Source: the human T2T-CHM13v2.0 reference genome, Homo sapiens. Taken from it: a stretch of 64,000 nucleotides of DNA. The DNA is taken from the NCBI RefSeq assembly GCF_009914755.1, contig NC_060928.1; one strand, given 5' to 3'. Under the pieces are notes generated by a model. It searched no databases and was not told the origin of the DNA. It saw only the letters and a list, made by a program, of their open reading frames with translations. This document shows positions 28,330 to 40,779 of the stretch, piece after piece. How positions within the stretch are numbered: the stretch's first letter is position 1; each line of letters begins with the position of its first letter. The translations under genes and the position numbers were made by a program.

Positions 28330-29247
28330 TGATAGTGACAGGAGGCAGTCAGATGCCTAGGCAGATAGGGGTGAGTCCCCAGCAAAATCCCACCTCCAAG
28401 TCGAAGACCATGTAAAGCCTGAAAGCCAAGTTACAAGTTAAATGCTGGGACCAGATTGAGAACCTGTCTTCCCATTTGGTGTGCTTTCCTCTGATTGGTC
28501 TCTGCCTTTCACCCATTTTACATATACCTACCCTTTCCTAATTGGTTTTCTACATTGTGGTGCCCACCTTTGAGTGGTGTCTTTGCTTTAAACTTTTTTG
28601 CATACTCACAAACCAATCAGCATGCACTCCCCATTCTGAGTCCATAAAAAGCCCCAGACCCAATCACACAGGGAGAAACCACCCGACTGTGGGGGCGGGG
28701 GTACCTTCCTCCCACCCTGCATCCCCTCTCTTCTGAGAGCTGTTCTGTCACTCAATAAAATCCTCTGCTGTCATCACCCTTCAGTCATCAGTGTGATGTC
28801 ATTTTTCTTGGTTGCTGGACAAGAGCTTAGGACCCACTGAGCACAGGTACTCTGAAAAGCTGTAGTACTGGCCCTTGCCCTTGCCAGCAGAGAGCAGCCA
28901 CCCTGCACAATGGAGCAATGGACCGACTGAGCTGCTAACATGCTGCCATAAGGCTGCGGACAGTGGAACTACAAGAGCTAATTATCACACTAACACCTGC
29001 TCTGGGGCTTCAGGGTCAAGGGCATCCCTCCCTGGGCACTGCCCTATTCCCTTCGAGGTAACATGCCTGGCTTGGCCATGGGCCCTGCACAGAGCTTGCT
29101 CCTGTGTTGGTGGTCAGAGTGGCTGGCCAGGTTCCACACTTGCTCGCTCACATGCTCCCTCCTGCAAGGGGCTGAGCATGGCAGGCCAAGTAGAGGGGGC
29201 ACCCCTGCTGCGAATCCAGCAAAGGGGCTGAAAAAAATCCTTCTTTG
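28330..29247 (+). mobile_element. Solo ERV1 LTR, LTR27/LTR28-like (LTR1/HUERS group), inserted in an antisense L2
   Basis: Starts tgatagtgacaggaggcag and ends aaaaatccttctttg; probable TSD acat; CCAAT boxes, cataaaaag TATA-like element and aataaa. Confidence 0.7.
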
Positions 29248-29595
29248 ACATGGCTAAGATGTCGAGGCATGAACCAATGTAGTGTGCTCAGGAAATACAA
29301 ATAATTTGGCACTGGTGGTTCTGAAACTGTAAGGTTTAAGGAGAAATAGGGAAATATGAGGCTGGAAAGATACTCCAGGCCTGTGTCATGGTGCCTTATA
29401 TTCTATAATAAGGGTCTTGGGATTTATCTGGTAGTCACTGGAAAGCCATTCAATTGCTTTAAACAAAGGACTGACCACTGAGATTTGGAATTCTTGTTGA
29501 GATTTTTTTGTGGAGCAGTATTTCTCCCAAGAGCACATACATTAAAATCTTCTGTTGTGCCTGTTAAAAATTCAGAGCCCTGAACTCCATCCTGG

Positions 29596-30181
29596 TATAA
29601 AGCAAAAATAAAATTTTAATCCCCTTGACCATCCCAATGGCCCCTTCTCTTGGCAAGGGCATTCCAAAGTTAAATGGAAAAACTAGTTTTAGACCATGAT
29701 GGGAAGGGGGTGTTGGAACTCCTTCCTTTTGGAATTACTGATAGAACAGACTTTTTAAGTCTGATAAGAAACATTTACAATCTATTCTCAAAGTCTGCTA
29801 CCAGGAGGCTTCACCTGCATGATAAAACCTTGGTCTCCACAACTCCTTATCTTAACCCAGACAGTCCTAAGTTTTTAGACAATAACCTAACTGTTTCAAT
29901 CCATGCCAATCAATAAGTCTTTAAATCTGCCTATGACTTGGAGGCCCTTCCTTCCAAGTAGTTGTCCTGCCTTTCTGGACCAAACGAATGTACATCCTAT
30001 GTGTATCTGATAGATGTCTCATGTCTCCCTAAAATCTGTAAAACTAAGCTGTACCCCAACCACTTTGGGCACATGTTCTCAGGATCTCCTGAGGGTTGTG
30101 TCACAGGCCGTTGGTCACTCATATTTGGCTCAGAATAAATCTCTTCAAATATTTTACAGAGTTTGACTCTTTTTGTCAACA
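29596..30181 (+). mobile_element. Solo ERV1 LTR, MER4A1-like, inserted in a MER5 element
   Basis: Ends ggctcagaataaatctcttcaaatattttacagagtttgactctttttgtcaaca; perfect 4-bp TSD ctgg (29592-29595 and 30182-30185). Confidence 0.85.
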
Positions 30182-31094
30182 CTGGGTTTACTGAATCAGA
30201 ATCCTGGTGGAAAACTTTGGAATCTGTGTATTTAACCTTCCAAGAAGATCCCCTTGCACCCTGCAGTTTTGAACACATTGCTCTCAGGGGTACGGGGTTG
30301 AAAAGGTGGGCAAGACTGAATGCAGAGAGGTCATCTAGGAGGTGATGTCACTCCAAGTGAGAAAGTTTGAAGTAGTGTCAATGGGGATAGAAGATAGAAT
30401 ATGATAAGCTTGAGAGATATTTTGGGGATAAAATCACATGTAGTTGGTGCTTGGATAGACTGAGTGAAGAAGAAGGTTTCAAGCCAGGTTTCTGTCTTAA
30501 TTGTCGGGTGGTGCATTAATAGTTATTATTAAAGTTTTAATAAGTTATACTTTTCCTTTTATATATAATTTAAAAAATTTGATACATTCCTAAATTTGAT
30601 TATTGTTTCCTTTCAGGGCCAACTTGTTTTGTTGTTGAATTTTATGGTAGAAATAAAATGAAAAAATGTCACTTCATTAAAATCTGTTATACTCAACTTG
30701 TCAGGAAAACATTTATTTATTCAGTTGTAGATCCCAAAGTACCTATTTGTCAAAGTACCTAAAATGAATAAATAGCTTTATTTCTGATATCTCTGGAAGA
30801 AATTATACTTGCAAAACTTAAAGTCTAATTCAGCATCCAGCCAAAGTTATTGGAAGTATCAGCCAATGAGCTGGAGACACAGCAAGGCTTAGTAGATAGA
30901 TCTTTCAAGTCAGGCAGAACCCAATAAAATTATTAAATATGTATATATGTCTCTGTCACTGTCCCTTTTCCATCTCTTCCTTTCTGGTCCTGTCCTGAAG
31001 AAGAGACTCCTACATACTACTTGTATCTATTGTTGCTACTAATTCTTGTTAACTGATGTGCTGACAAATAAGAACCAAACATAGAATTATTTTG

Positions 31095-31428
31095 GGAAGG
31101 TGGTGGATATTATAAAGCCCACCCATTTCTGCACTTCCCTACATTTCTCAGACTCCTGTGCAGTTAGGTTGGCCATGTGACTGATTTCTGGCTAATGGAA
31201 TGTGGGTGGAAATGGTGTTCTCTACTTGTAAGCTTCTTGATCTTCCATGCTCTGAATCTGAAATATCCTGCATATCTACCATGCTCTCCTTATCTCATTC
31301 CTGGTCCTCTAAAATGGCTCCAGACATCTGCATCAGACTTTGCATGAGCAAGAAATACTTTTATCATGTTAGTCTGCTGAGATTCCAGCTTATTCTGTAA
31401 CATAGCATTGCTGACTCTGATCAATGCA
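31095..31428 (+). mobile_element. Old MaLR LTR (MLT1H/I-like)
   Basis: ggccatgtgactgatttctggctaatggaatgtgggtggaa...catgagcaagaaatacttttat. Confidence 0.55.
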
Positions 31429-31492
31429 TAGGGGTATTCTCAATTTTATGGGTGACTACTAACGGTATTTAAGTTAAAAATGGATGAAACTA

Positions 31493-31833
<341 letters not shown>

Positions 31834-34009
31834 TTAGGGATAAAGGAGAACTCTTCTGGTACAGACTTAAGTTACATCATAAAGATACCCTCCTTGAGCC
31901 CTAAGGCTGTTTCTTGACATCAGAACTTATCTTTTATGTGCCTGGTCCTGCTCCCATCATGTTTTCAGTTTTTTTCTTTTTTTTCTTACTTACAGAGTGG
32001 GGTGATTAATACCCATGTGATGGAATTATTGTGGAGATTAAAAGAGGTGCCATATGTAAAATGTCTAGACCAGCGCCTAGCACATAGCAGGCGCCAGAGC
32101 CATCCTGGGAGAGCATCAGAAATGCGATCCCATAATTAACTTTGTAAACTTCTGATGTGATTCACAGATGGGTGTTATTTACATTAGTGACATCTAGTAG
32201 TTTTAAAGTTCTTACTTAAAATTTGAACTCTCTAAATTTCAGTGTCATAGGGCTCTGACTACTCTGCCCAAGTTGCTGCACTGATAAGTGTCCAATAAAT
32301 GTTAGGTATCTATTGTTGTTTTCCTATTGTTCTTCAAAAGGAGGTGAAAGTAACATTGCCATTGTGGGGATTGTTTGTTCTACAGGCTTGGGCTGGGAAG
32401 GCCGGATCTCCATGGCCAGGCTGTTAGCTGGGCAGTGGTGTGCAACTGATTGGACTGGTGCCAGTCTGACTGACTCGTTTTAAAGGTCAGAACAACTAGA
32501 CTGAACCATGGGCATAATAACTATATGTTCTAATCATGCTTATCCTCAAATTGTTTCTTTCTGTAAACAAAAGCAGGAAGAGCATCACATGGGGGTGGAA
32601 TGGTGCATTTCGAAAGACCTGAGATCAGACCTCCATAGTTCCCAGCTTTGCTGCTGTGTGACAGTGCAGACTTATTTAACCTCTGTGGCTTCATTTCCTC
32701 ACCTTTGAAATGAGAGCATTAGACTAGAGGATCTTAAGGGTCCTTTCTCTAACCTACCAGAACCTAAACATAGTTGAAGTTCCACATGACTCAGCCTCTG
32801 TGAAAGAATGAATTCAAAGGAATGGTCTGGTATCTAAATGGTAATTAGGATTCTTCAAATATTTTTGCAGTCTCTCAGTAAACTGCCAAAGTGGAGTGTG
32901 CATTTTTTTTTTTTGGAACGGAGTATTCTTTTTTAAAAAACAGCTTTATTGAGGCGTCATTTACATACCATACAATTCATCCATTTAAAGTATACAATTC
33001 GATGTTAGTGTGGGGTATGCATTCTTACTATAGAAAAAGCATCTTAAAATCTACTTTACTGTTATCTTCATTTTCTTCCATATGGATATCAGGTGATCCC
33101 CAAAGCTCTTAATCTCCAACTATTATCTCACAAACCCCAAACTCCCTGGCACCTATTCCACATGATTTTCTGGTCTCTCTCCCTCCTTCCTCTTGCTGCC
33201 TCTCTCAGCTCTTTAATATATACACAAACGGGGATTTCTCCACTCTTCTGTTTTCCCTCTATTTGCTCATTATTTAGATTCTGAGCAACAAATGAGAGTC
33301 CAAGAGCAACCTGAGCAGGTGAGACATTTTCCCTATTAGACATGAAAAAGAGGCATGGATGTGAAGTCCCACACCTAAATATTCTTTTAAATTTCTATTG
33401 CCCTATGGGCACACCGTGACTTACTCTTCCACTTGTTCTTCCTCTGGGCAGTTCCAGTCAGCTTTGCCATTGTGCATAACAGGAAGTGGAGTGCTCTTGC
33501 AAGGAAGGCCTAGAGTTTCAGGAGACAAACCATTGAGTTAATTTCTAACAGATTAACACAGATTCCACTTGTCTCGTTCATGCTATAAAACTGCAAGCCT
33601 ACAGTTGCCTTTGTTTTCACTTCTACCTAAGATGAGCAGGGCTCTGATGCTATCTCTGGGATGGCATGGGTGTGTCTGTGCAAGGGCAGGCCTTCCTTGT
33701 CTGCCAGAGCAGGCCCCTGCCTGATAAGGCCACGCCAGGCCTCTCAGCTCCCTAGGGAGTCATCCCATGCATTGTGAAAATTTTACCATGACCCAGTTTG
33801 TTCCGTGTGTTGTTTTATTGAATTTCATACTGATGAACGTCAATTATTATTAAGTACCTGCTGTGTTCCAAATATGCCCTAAGCATTTTGTGTAATACAA
33901 GGGGGTCCTCAGCATCATGTAGTTTTAAAATGGAGATGTATAATGATAATTGACATTATCATATTAGAACTAAATAGAAGCTTATCTTTTAGGGCAAATT
34001 TGAATTCTT

Positions 34010-34545
34010 TTTTAAAAAAATTGCAAGTGTCTTTGTAATTGATTAATAAACAATACATTGTTTATTGTAAATTTTTTTGTAATACAGAGATGCATGAAGA
34101 AGAAAGTATAAAGGATGAGAAATTCTGCTTCCTAGAAATAACTACTGTTAGAGTTTTGATGAACATTCTTTGAGACATCTTGCTATACATACACACACAT
34201 ATATATTATACATACATAATTTTACATAAATGGATTTATAATATGCTTACTATTTGTAACCTGCTTTTTTTTTTCCACTCAGCAGTATGTCAGGAACTGG
34301 TTTCCCTATCAATAAATGTAGACCCACCTAATTATATCCAAATGTAGCAGAATGTTCAATTGTATCACCATAAGTTATTCAACTAATCCCTTATTAATGG
34401 AATTTAAATAATTTCTAATTCCTTAAAATATTATAAGCAATCATTGCACCTGTCTGCAGTTATACTCTTAGCACGCATTCCCTGGACGTGGATTTGCTGG
34501 GTCAAAGGATATGAGCATTGAAACTTTTGAGACGTAATGCCACAC
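34010..34545 (-). mobile_element. Old L1ME-type fragment
   Basis: AT-rich antisense L1 3' sequence (ggatttgctgggtcaaaggatatgagcatt). Confidence 0.55.
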
Positions 34546-35006
34546 TTGGCTCAAACACCAACCCCCTTGATTCAGATGCTGTTGATGACCCACTCATATC
34601 TTCTTGGTCCACTCCGGAGGTCTCTCAGATGGAACAAGTTTATAGCCTGTTGAGTGTCTCCACCAGGAATATTTGCTAGCTGTGGAGCCCGTTCACAGGC
34701 AGGGAAGCATGAAGTGCTGGAAGTGCACTGGGAGTTAATGTGACCCCTAACTACAAAATGATGGGAACTGGTGGATAAATGCTCCAGTTTCCTTTCCCCG
34801 AGGTGGGACTATTCTAATGTGTGTTGTACACAGTCCCTAGGAGAATTTAGTCTAGTTGCCTGTAGTAGTATCCTGCTCATTTAACTCACAAGTTATTTGC
34901 TTTCCTCCCTTACTACCTGACTGCCCCACTCCTTTACTGGGCTTCGTGGGACTTCTACTCAAATCCTAGTCTCAGGGTCTGCTTTTGCAGGAGCCCAAAT
35001 GAAGAC
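34545..35006 (+). mobile_element. LTR16-family solo LTR
   Basis: gatgggaactggtggataaatgctccag...ctcaaatcctagtctcagggtctgcttttgcaggagcccaaatgaagaca. Confidence 0.6.
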
Positions 35007-35030
35007 ATCCTTCATATTACAGGTGAAAGT

Positions 35031-35527
35031 TGTGGTAGGTACAATAATGGCCCCTTAAAGATATCCATATCTTAGATCGCTGGAACTTGTGAAAACATTA
35101 CCTTACTTGGAAAAAGGGACTTTCGAAATGTAATCACATATGTAATCACATCTTAAGAACCTTGAGATAGGAAAGTTATCCTGTATTATCTGGGTGGCCC
35201 TGGTATGATCACAAGGGTCCTTAAAAGTGGAGAAGAGAGGCAGAAGAAGAGAGTCAGAAGGAGATGTGAAGAATCAGAGATGCAGCATTTCTGGCTTTGA
35301 AGATGGAGGAGGGCCATGAGCCAAGGAGTGTGGGTGGCCTCTATAAGCTGGAAAAGGCACGAAAACAGATTTACCCCTGGAGCCTCCAGCAAGGAACCTA
35401 GTTCTGCTGACACCTTGAATTTAGCCCAGTGACTTCTGTATTGGACTTCTAACCTACAGTACTGTAAGATAATAAATTTGTGCCACATTTGTGGTAATCT
35501 GTTATGGCAGCAATAAAAAACGAACAC
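35031..35527 (+). mobile_element. MLT1D solo LTR
   Basis: tgtggtaggtacaataatggcccc...tgttatggcagcaataaaaaacgaacaca; internal 12-bp duplication at 35128-35151. Confidence 0.82.
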
Positions 35528-35977
35528 AAAAAGTTAAACAATACAAGGCAACTGGTGCCAGAAGCATCATATGGCAGTGCCTATTGTTCCAAAAGAGGAG
35601 CGTGAACAGTGAGGCTGAGAGAAGGATGAAATCATGAAACTTGTTCCTTCCTCTTGAGCACAGAGTGGTTTGCCTGTGGGTGTTTAGAGTAGTGGCTTAA
35701 TGACCACTAAATATAGGCCTGTGGCCAGAAACCCTCCCAATGAGCTGAGGGTTTGTATGAATTTTAATTTACTTGAAAATTCCATCAGATTTCTGAAAAT
35801 TTTAGTGTGTATAAAAATTATCTGGGAAAATAAAAAGTTAAAAAAAAGATCATCTGAGGAATTTGTTCAAAATGTAGATTCTTGGATCCCATTTGCCTGA
35901 GGTTCTAATTCAAAGGTCTGGAATAAGGTCCAGGAATTTGCATTTAAAACCAGGTTACTCTGACACACATTGCTTTA

Positions 35978-35988
35978 GGGGACTTTCC
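35978..35988 (+). promoter_or_regulatory. Canonical NF-kB site
   Basis: GGGGACTTTCC, an exact match to the Ig-kappa site. Confidence 0.5.
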
Positions 35989-37529
35989 TACTAGAACCCT
36001 CTGCTCTTTGGCAGTTGTGGGGGAGGTCTACACGGCACCCACTTTGTCAGGCATTTGCGTAGGTAAGGTGAGAAGAGAAAGGAATCACTAGAAATTGTCT
36101 ATTATTGTATCACATCCAAATATCCTAGTTTTGTTTCTGTTTGGGGGTGTCAGTCACAACAGTCATTAGCATCAACCAGAAGCCCGAGTGTAATAGATGG
36201 GGTGGCCTGTGTCACCAGAGGCAGAGCATCTGGGCCCTGGGCCCCTGAGGATTGTCTGATCTTATGATTGGTTTGCTTACAATAGCATTTTCTCATTTGG
36301 CTGATGGGCAAATTGTTTTCAGATGACCTTGGAGAGCCAGGGTAGTTTGGCTGTTACTAACTGGAAGCTGCACATTCAAACATTTGGAATATCCTGAGGA
36401 TTACAGATGTGCTGAAGGGTGTCTTGGATCTCCTCCAATGAGGGTTTCAGAGGTCATCTGAAAAGAATGCTCGCCTCTGCCTCATGCCTTTTAGAAGGAG
36501 GCTCTGTGCTTGTCTAGCTTTATGCAGCTCTCTGAAATGTCAGAAGATAAGAAATGCCTCTCAGCACGAAGGCTTCCAGACACATATGTGACAAGAAATT
36601 TGGCATCAGCTTTATAAGTGTCAGATGTCTAGGATAAAGCAATATGGGTATAGTATTTCTGGTGCTATTTTGGTGCCTTGTGCATGAGCCTGCAGCATTA
36701 GAAAAACTGCTTTTCAGCTTTGGATGGTAGCCTTACTGGCGCTCGGCATGCATGTCTGAAAGTACAGTTGGGTCATATTCTAGTTATGGTCCACAGCAAG
36801 TCACCTAGAGTTGTGATATTGAGCTTTAACGGAGTGCCCTTGAGGCACACGGGCATTTCACAGCCTTTGACAACTTGAGTGGCACAGCCACAGAGACTGT
36901 CATCAGATGGTGCCATATAAGCCTTAATCAACTCTTGCAACACCCGTGCAAAGTTGGTAAACACTCTTATCCTTGCTTTTCAGGCAGGGAACTAAAGCAA
37001 GGAGAGGTCCAACAGACAGGGTCACAGACTCAATCAGTTCACTTATCTGACTGTTGAATGATCTCAGGTGAATGAGATCAGAACGAATTTCTACTTTCTC
37101 TAACTCAGGAAATTTGTCTTCTGGCGAGAGAGCATTTTTGGCACTTTGTGACTTGCTGAAAGACTTGAAGTTTCCAGTCTGGCTCTGGCTGTTCATTGGT
37201 TAAGAGCAAATGCCTGGGGCACTTGGCTTAATGACTGTCATAAGCAGTGTGAAAAAATGTGTAAGAAAAAACAAAATATGGTAATGTAGAGAGGTTGTTA
37301 AGGCAGTAATATCCAATAGCAATAATGTGTATAAAGTCTGAGTGATAATACAACCCTTTTACCCAAGGTATTTGATACTGGCTGAGGCCTCTTTTATTTA
37401 TTTAAAATCCAGTGATGAGCTCTAAACACCGTAGTTTAAGAAGGTAAAAAAATACTTGCAGTGCAGAGTTTTCTGAATGATTCAAAAATGGAAGTAGAAG
37501 ACCCATGAGAAAAGATGAAAGCATTGCTC

Positions 37530-37770
37530 TTAATTTGTGGAAAGAAAGTTGATGAAAAATTACAAGGTCTATAAATGTATCACAAGGTTTTTAGAGAAGA
37601 CAAATTAATTTTCCACTGATGACAAAACTTGAAAAAGTGGGTTTATCTTAGAGATTGAAAGAGTCATAGGAAAGAATCTTCTGGTGTTGAGAATGGTTAA
37701 AAACCAGATGAGGCTACCTAGAAAGGAATTCCCCTCTTCTGAAGGTCCTTAGTAAATAGGCTAAACCAGC
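37530..37770 (+). mobile_element. L3/CR1 3' fragment
   Basis: aggaaagaatcttctggtgttgagaatggttaaaaaccagatgaggctacctagaaag resembles the L3 3' consensus. Confidence 0.5.
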
Positions 37771-38437
37771 CCAGCATGATCAAGGTTAATGATGTCAGCT
37801 GGTGTCTCCAGCGCCCTAAGGTGGGCTGCCAGTAGTGATCATGGTAGGATTACTTTTCTTTCAACTTTTTAGTTTGAAGTAACTTTAGACTTACGGAAAA
37901 GTTGCAAACTAGTATGCAGAGTTCCCATATATCCTTCACCCAGCTTCTCTTGATGTTAATATTTTACACAACCATGATCAAATGATCCAGTGATCAAAAC
38001 CAGTAAATTAACATTGCTGCAAAATGGTGGTAGGGGCTTTGAGGGGAGGGAGAATAGGTAGGACTGTGGACTTTCACAGTCCTTCCCTGGAGCAGACCAC
38101 TTTTATTTGTTTATGTTGGAATTCCACATACTATTTTATTTAAACAAATAGTTCTATTGCAAAAATTTGAAAACCAAGTTTAGGAAGAGAGATAGTTTAA
38201 CTGACCTCTACCACTAAGATTTTGTGCTTTTGATAATTATATCGTTTGTCAGATAATTAGAGGGTAAATGTGTTCGGTAAAGACATTTATGGACGCAACG
38301 TAATGCTACATTTTTGTTCGTTTCTTGATCTATTCAGGCTTGTTCTGTTGTAAGCAGGTTATTTATACTTGCTTTCTCTCCAGCACCAAAAACCATGACT
38401 GGCATATAGTCTATGCTTAATTAATATTTGTTCAATG

Positions 38438-38738
<301 letters not shown>

Positions 38739-38759
38739 TTGTTAAATGGAATCAAATTG

Positions 38760-39110
38760 GCATGTTCACCCTTTTCTCATTTCTTCACATGCCTTGCTCC
38801 TTATTCAAATATCTGCGTAGGCCTTCCCTGACCATCCAAACTAAAATAACCTTTTTTCTATTATCTCTCACATTCTCTCTCTTTTACCTGGCACTATTTT
38901 GTTGTTGTTATTCAGAGCACTCGTCATTATCTGAAAGATGATTTATTTGTTCATATGTTTGTTAAAAGTGTATGGTCTGTCTCCTACTAACAGTAAGCTC
39001 CTTGAGGACATTGACATTGTCTTGTTGAATCTGTCTTGTGGGTTCTAGGGAATGGTATCTCATATCTGAAAGTTTATATGAAATATGTGTTGAAAGAATG
39101 AGTGAATGAA
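38760..39110 (+). mobile_element. L2 3' end
   Basis: gtaagctccttgaggacattgac...tgttgaaagaatgagtgaatga. Confidence 0.65.
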
Positions 39111-39918
39111 GACATGGTCGCCTATACTTTGAAGATAGAGGTAAGTTAACTTCAGAAATCTTCACTTAAACATCTTTCAATTCACAATTTGCATATTTGG
39201 AAATAAAAGATGTGATTATTTTTTCAGTTAGAGCATTGCATTTATAAATTTCTTTTTGCCTTTCACTGATGTAAGAAAATTATTTCTTATTTTAATCTCA
39301 AATAGTGATCCTGCGGCTGGTAACCCTGTAGGAATATTTTTGAAAGAAAAAGGATAAATTCTGTGAAACTCTGAGCTCTAAGAAAGATGATAACTGCATT
39401 TGAGATAGTTGTATTGTCATGATTAATTAGTGTTATACAAAAGTGAGAGACTCACACAGCCCTGTCAGTGTCATGGGAATCACAGTGCCTCCTACCATGT
39501 TAATAGGAACCAGATCCAGTTAAGCAAATTAAAATAATTTAAAATATTATGCATGTGGGCATCCCACAGTATGACAACTGGCCCATTTCTCAGGGCCAAC
39601 CTCATCTATACACAGAGAAAGACTCAAAATTGTCATGTTATCTGTGTATGTGTATGTGATTAAGGTGTTACAAGAATATCTGCTGTTACATTTTTTTGTG
39701 TGCATATAGGCAGCAGAGTGGCACAATGCAAGAGTGCTGGGCCCCAACAATATTTTATGCACAAAGGCAAATTAAAAAAAAACAAAAAACCTCATCATGA
39801 CTCAGTTGTGCAAGATTTCAGAGAGGGTGATTTAGGGCAGCTCAGTCTGGAGCTCTATGTTTTCCTGGTGGCATTTAAGGCTTAAGAGCTGGATAGAGGT
39901 TTCCAAGTAGTTACTGAG

Positions 39919-40428
39919 TGTGGTGGGCAGAATAATGGCCCCCCAGAGATGTCGTATCCAAATCCTTAGAACCTGTGAATATGTTAGGTTACGTGGCAAA
40001 GGGGATTTAAGGTTCAGATAAAGTCAATGTTGCTAATCAGCTGACCTTGAGATTGGGAAGTTATCCTGGATTGTCTGGGTGTGCCCAGTGTAATCACAAT
40101 GGTCTTTAAAAGTGAAAGAGGGAGGCAGAAGAAAGTGTGATAGTATAGGGATGTAAAGAAGACTCAACCAGCCCTTGCTGGTTTTGAAGCTGGAAGAGGG
40201 TCGTGAGCCAAGGAATAAGGGCAGCCTCTAAAAAGCTGGAAAAGATCAGAAAATGGTTCTCACCTACAGTCTCCAGAAAGGAACACCGTCTGGCCAACAC
40301 CTTGATCTTAGCCCAGTGAGACTCATTTCTACCTTCTGACTTCCAGAAGTTTAAGGTAATCAACTTTTGTTGTTTTAAGCCACTGAGTTAATGGCAATTT
40401 GTTACAACAGCCATAGCAAGCTAGTATA
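39919..40428 (+). mobile_element. MLT1D solo LTR
   Basis: tgtggtgggcagaataatggcccc...; TSD ctgag/ccgag. Confidence 0.85.
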
Positions 40429-40779
40429 CCGAGTCTCATTCTTACCCTTATGAGACCTTCCACAATTTCATCCCATCCAACCCACCCAGCAATGTCTTCT
40501 GCTTGGGTCAGATCAGTTTCCTCCCTCCTTCCAGATACATTATGCTCATTCCCACCTCCTAGTTGTTCTCCCTTCTGTGGGTTTCTCTGTTGGGAAAGAA
40601 TTTCTCCCTCCTGCTAGTATAAATCTGTGTGGACATGGTTTCTCCGTCCCATAAACTGCTAGACCAACCTTGATCACCCAAACTCTTCAGGTGATCAGAT
40701 GTTAAAATATTTCAATCAAAATGGACTAAATTTCTAACGTGGGCTATAACTGATGTCAAGAAGATGAGGAGGATTTAAA

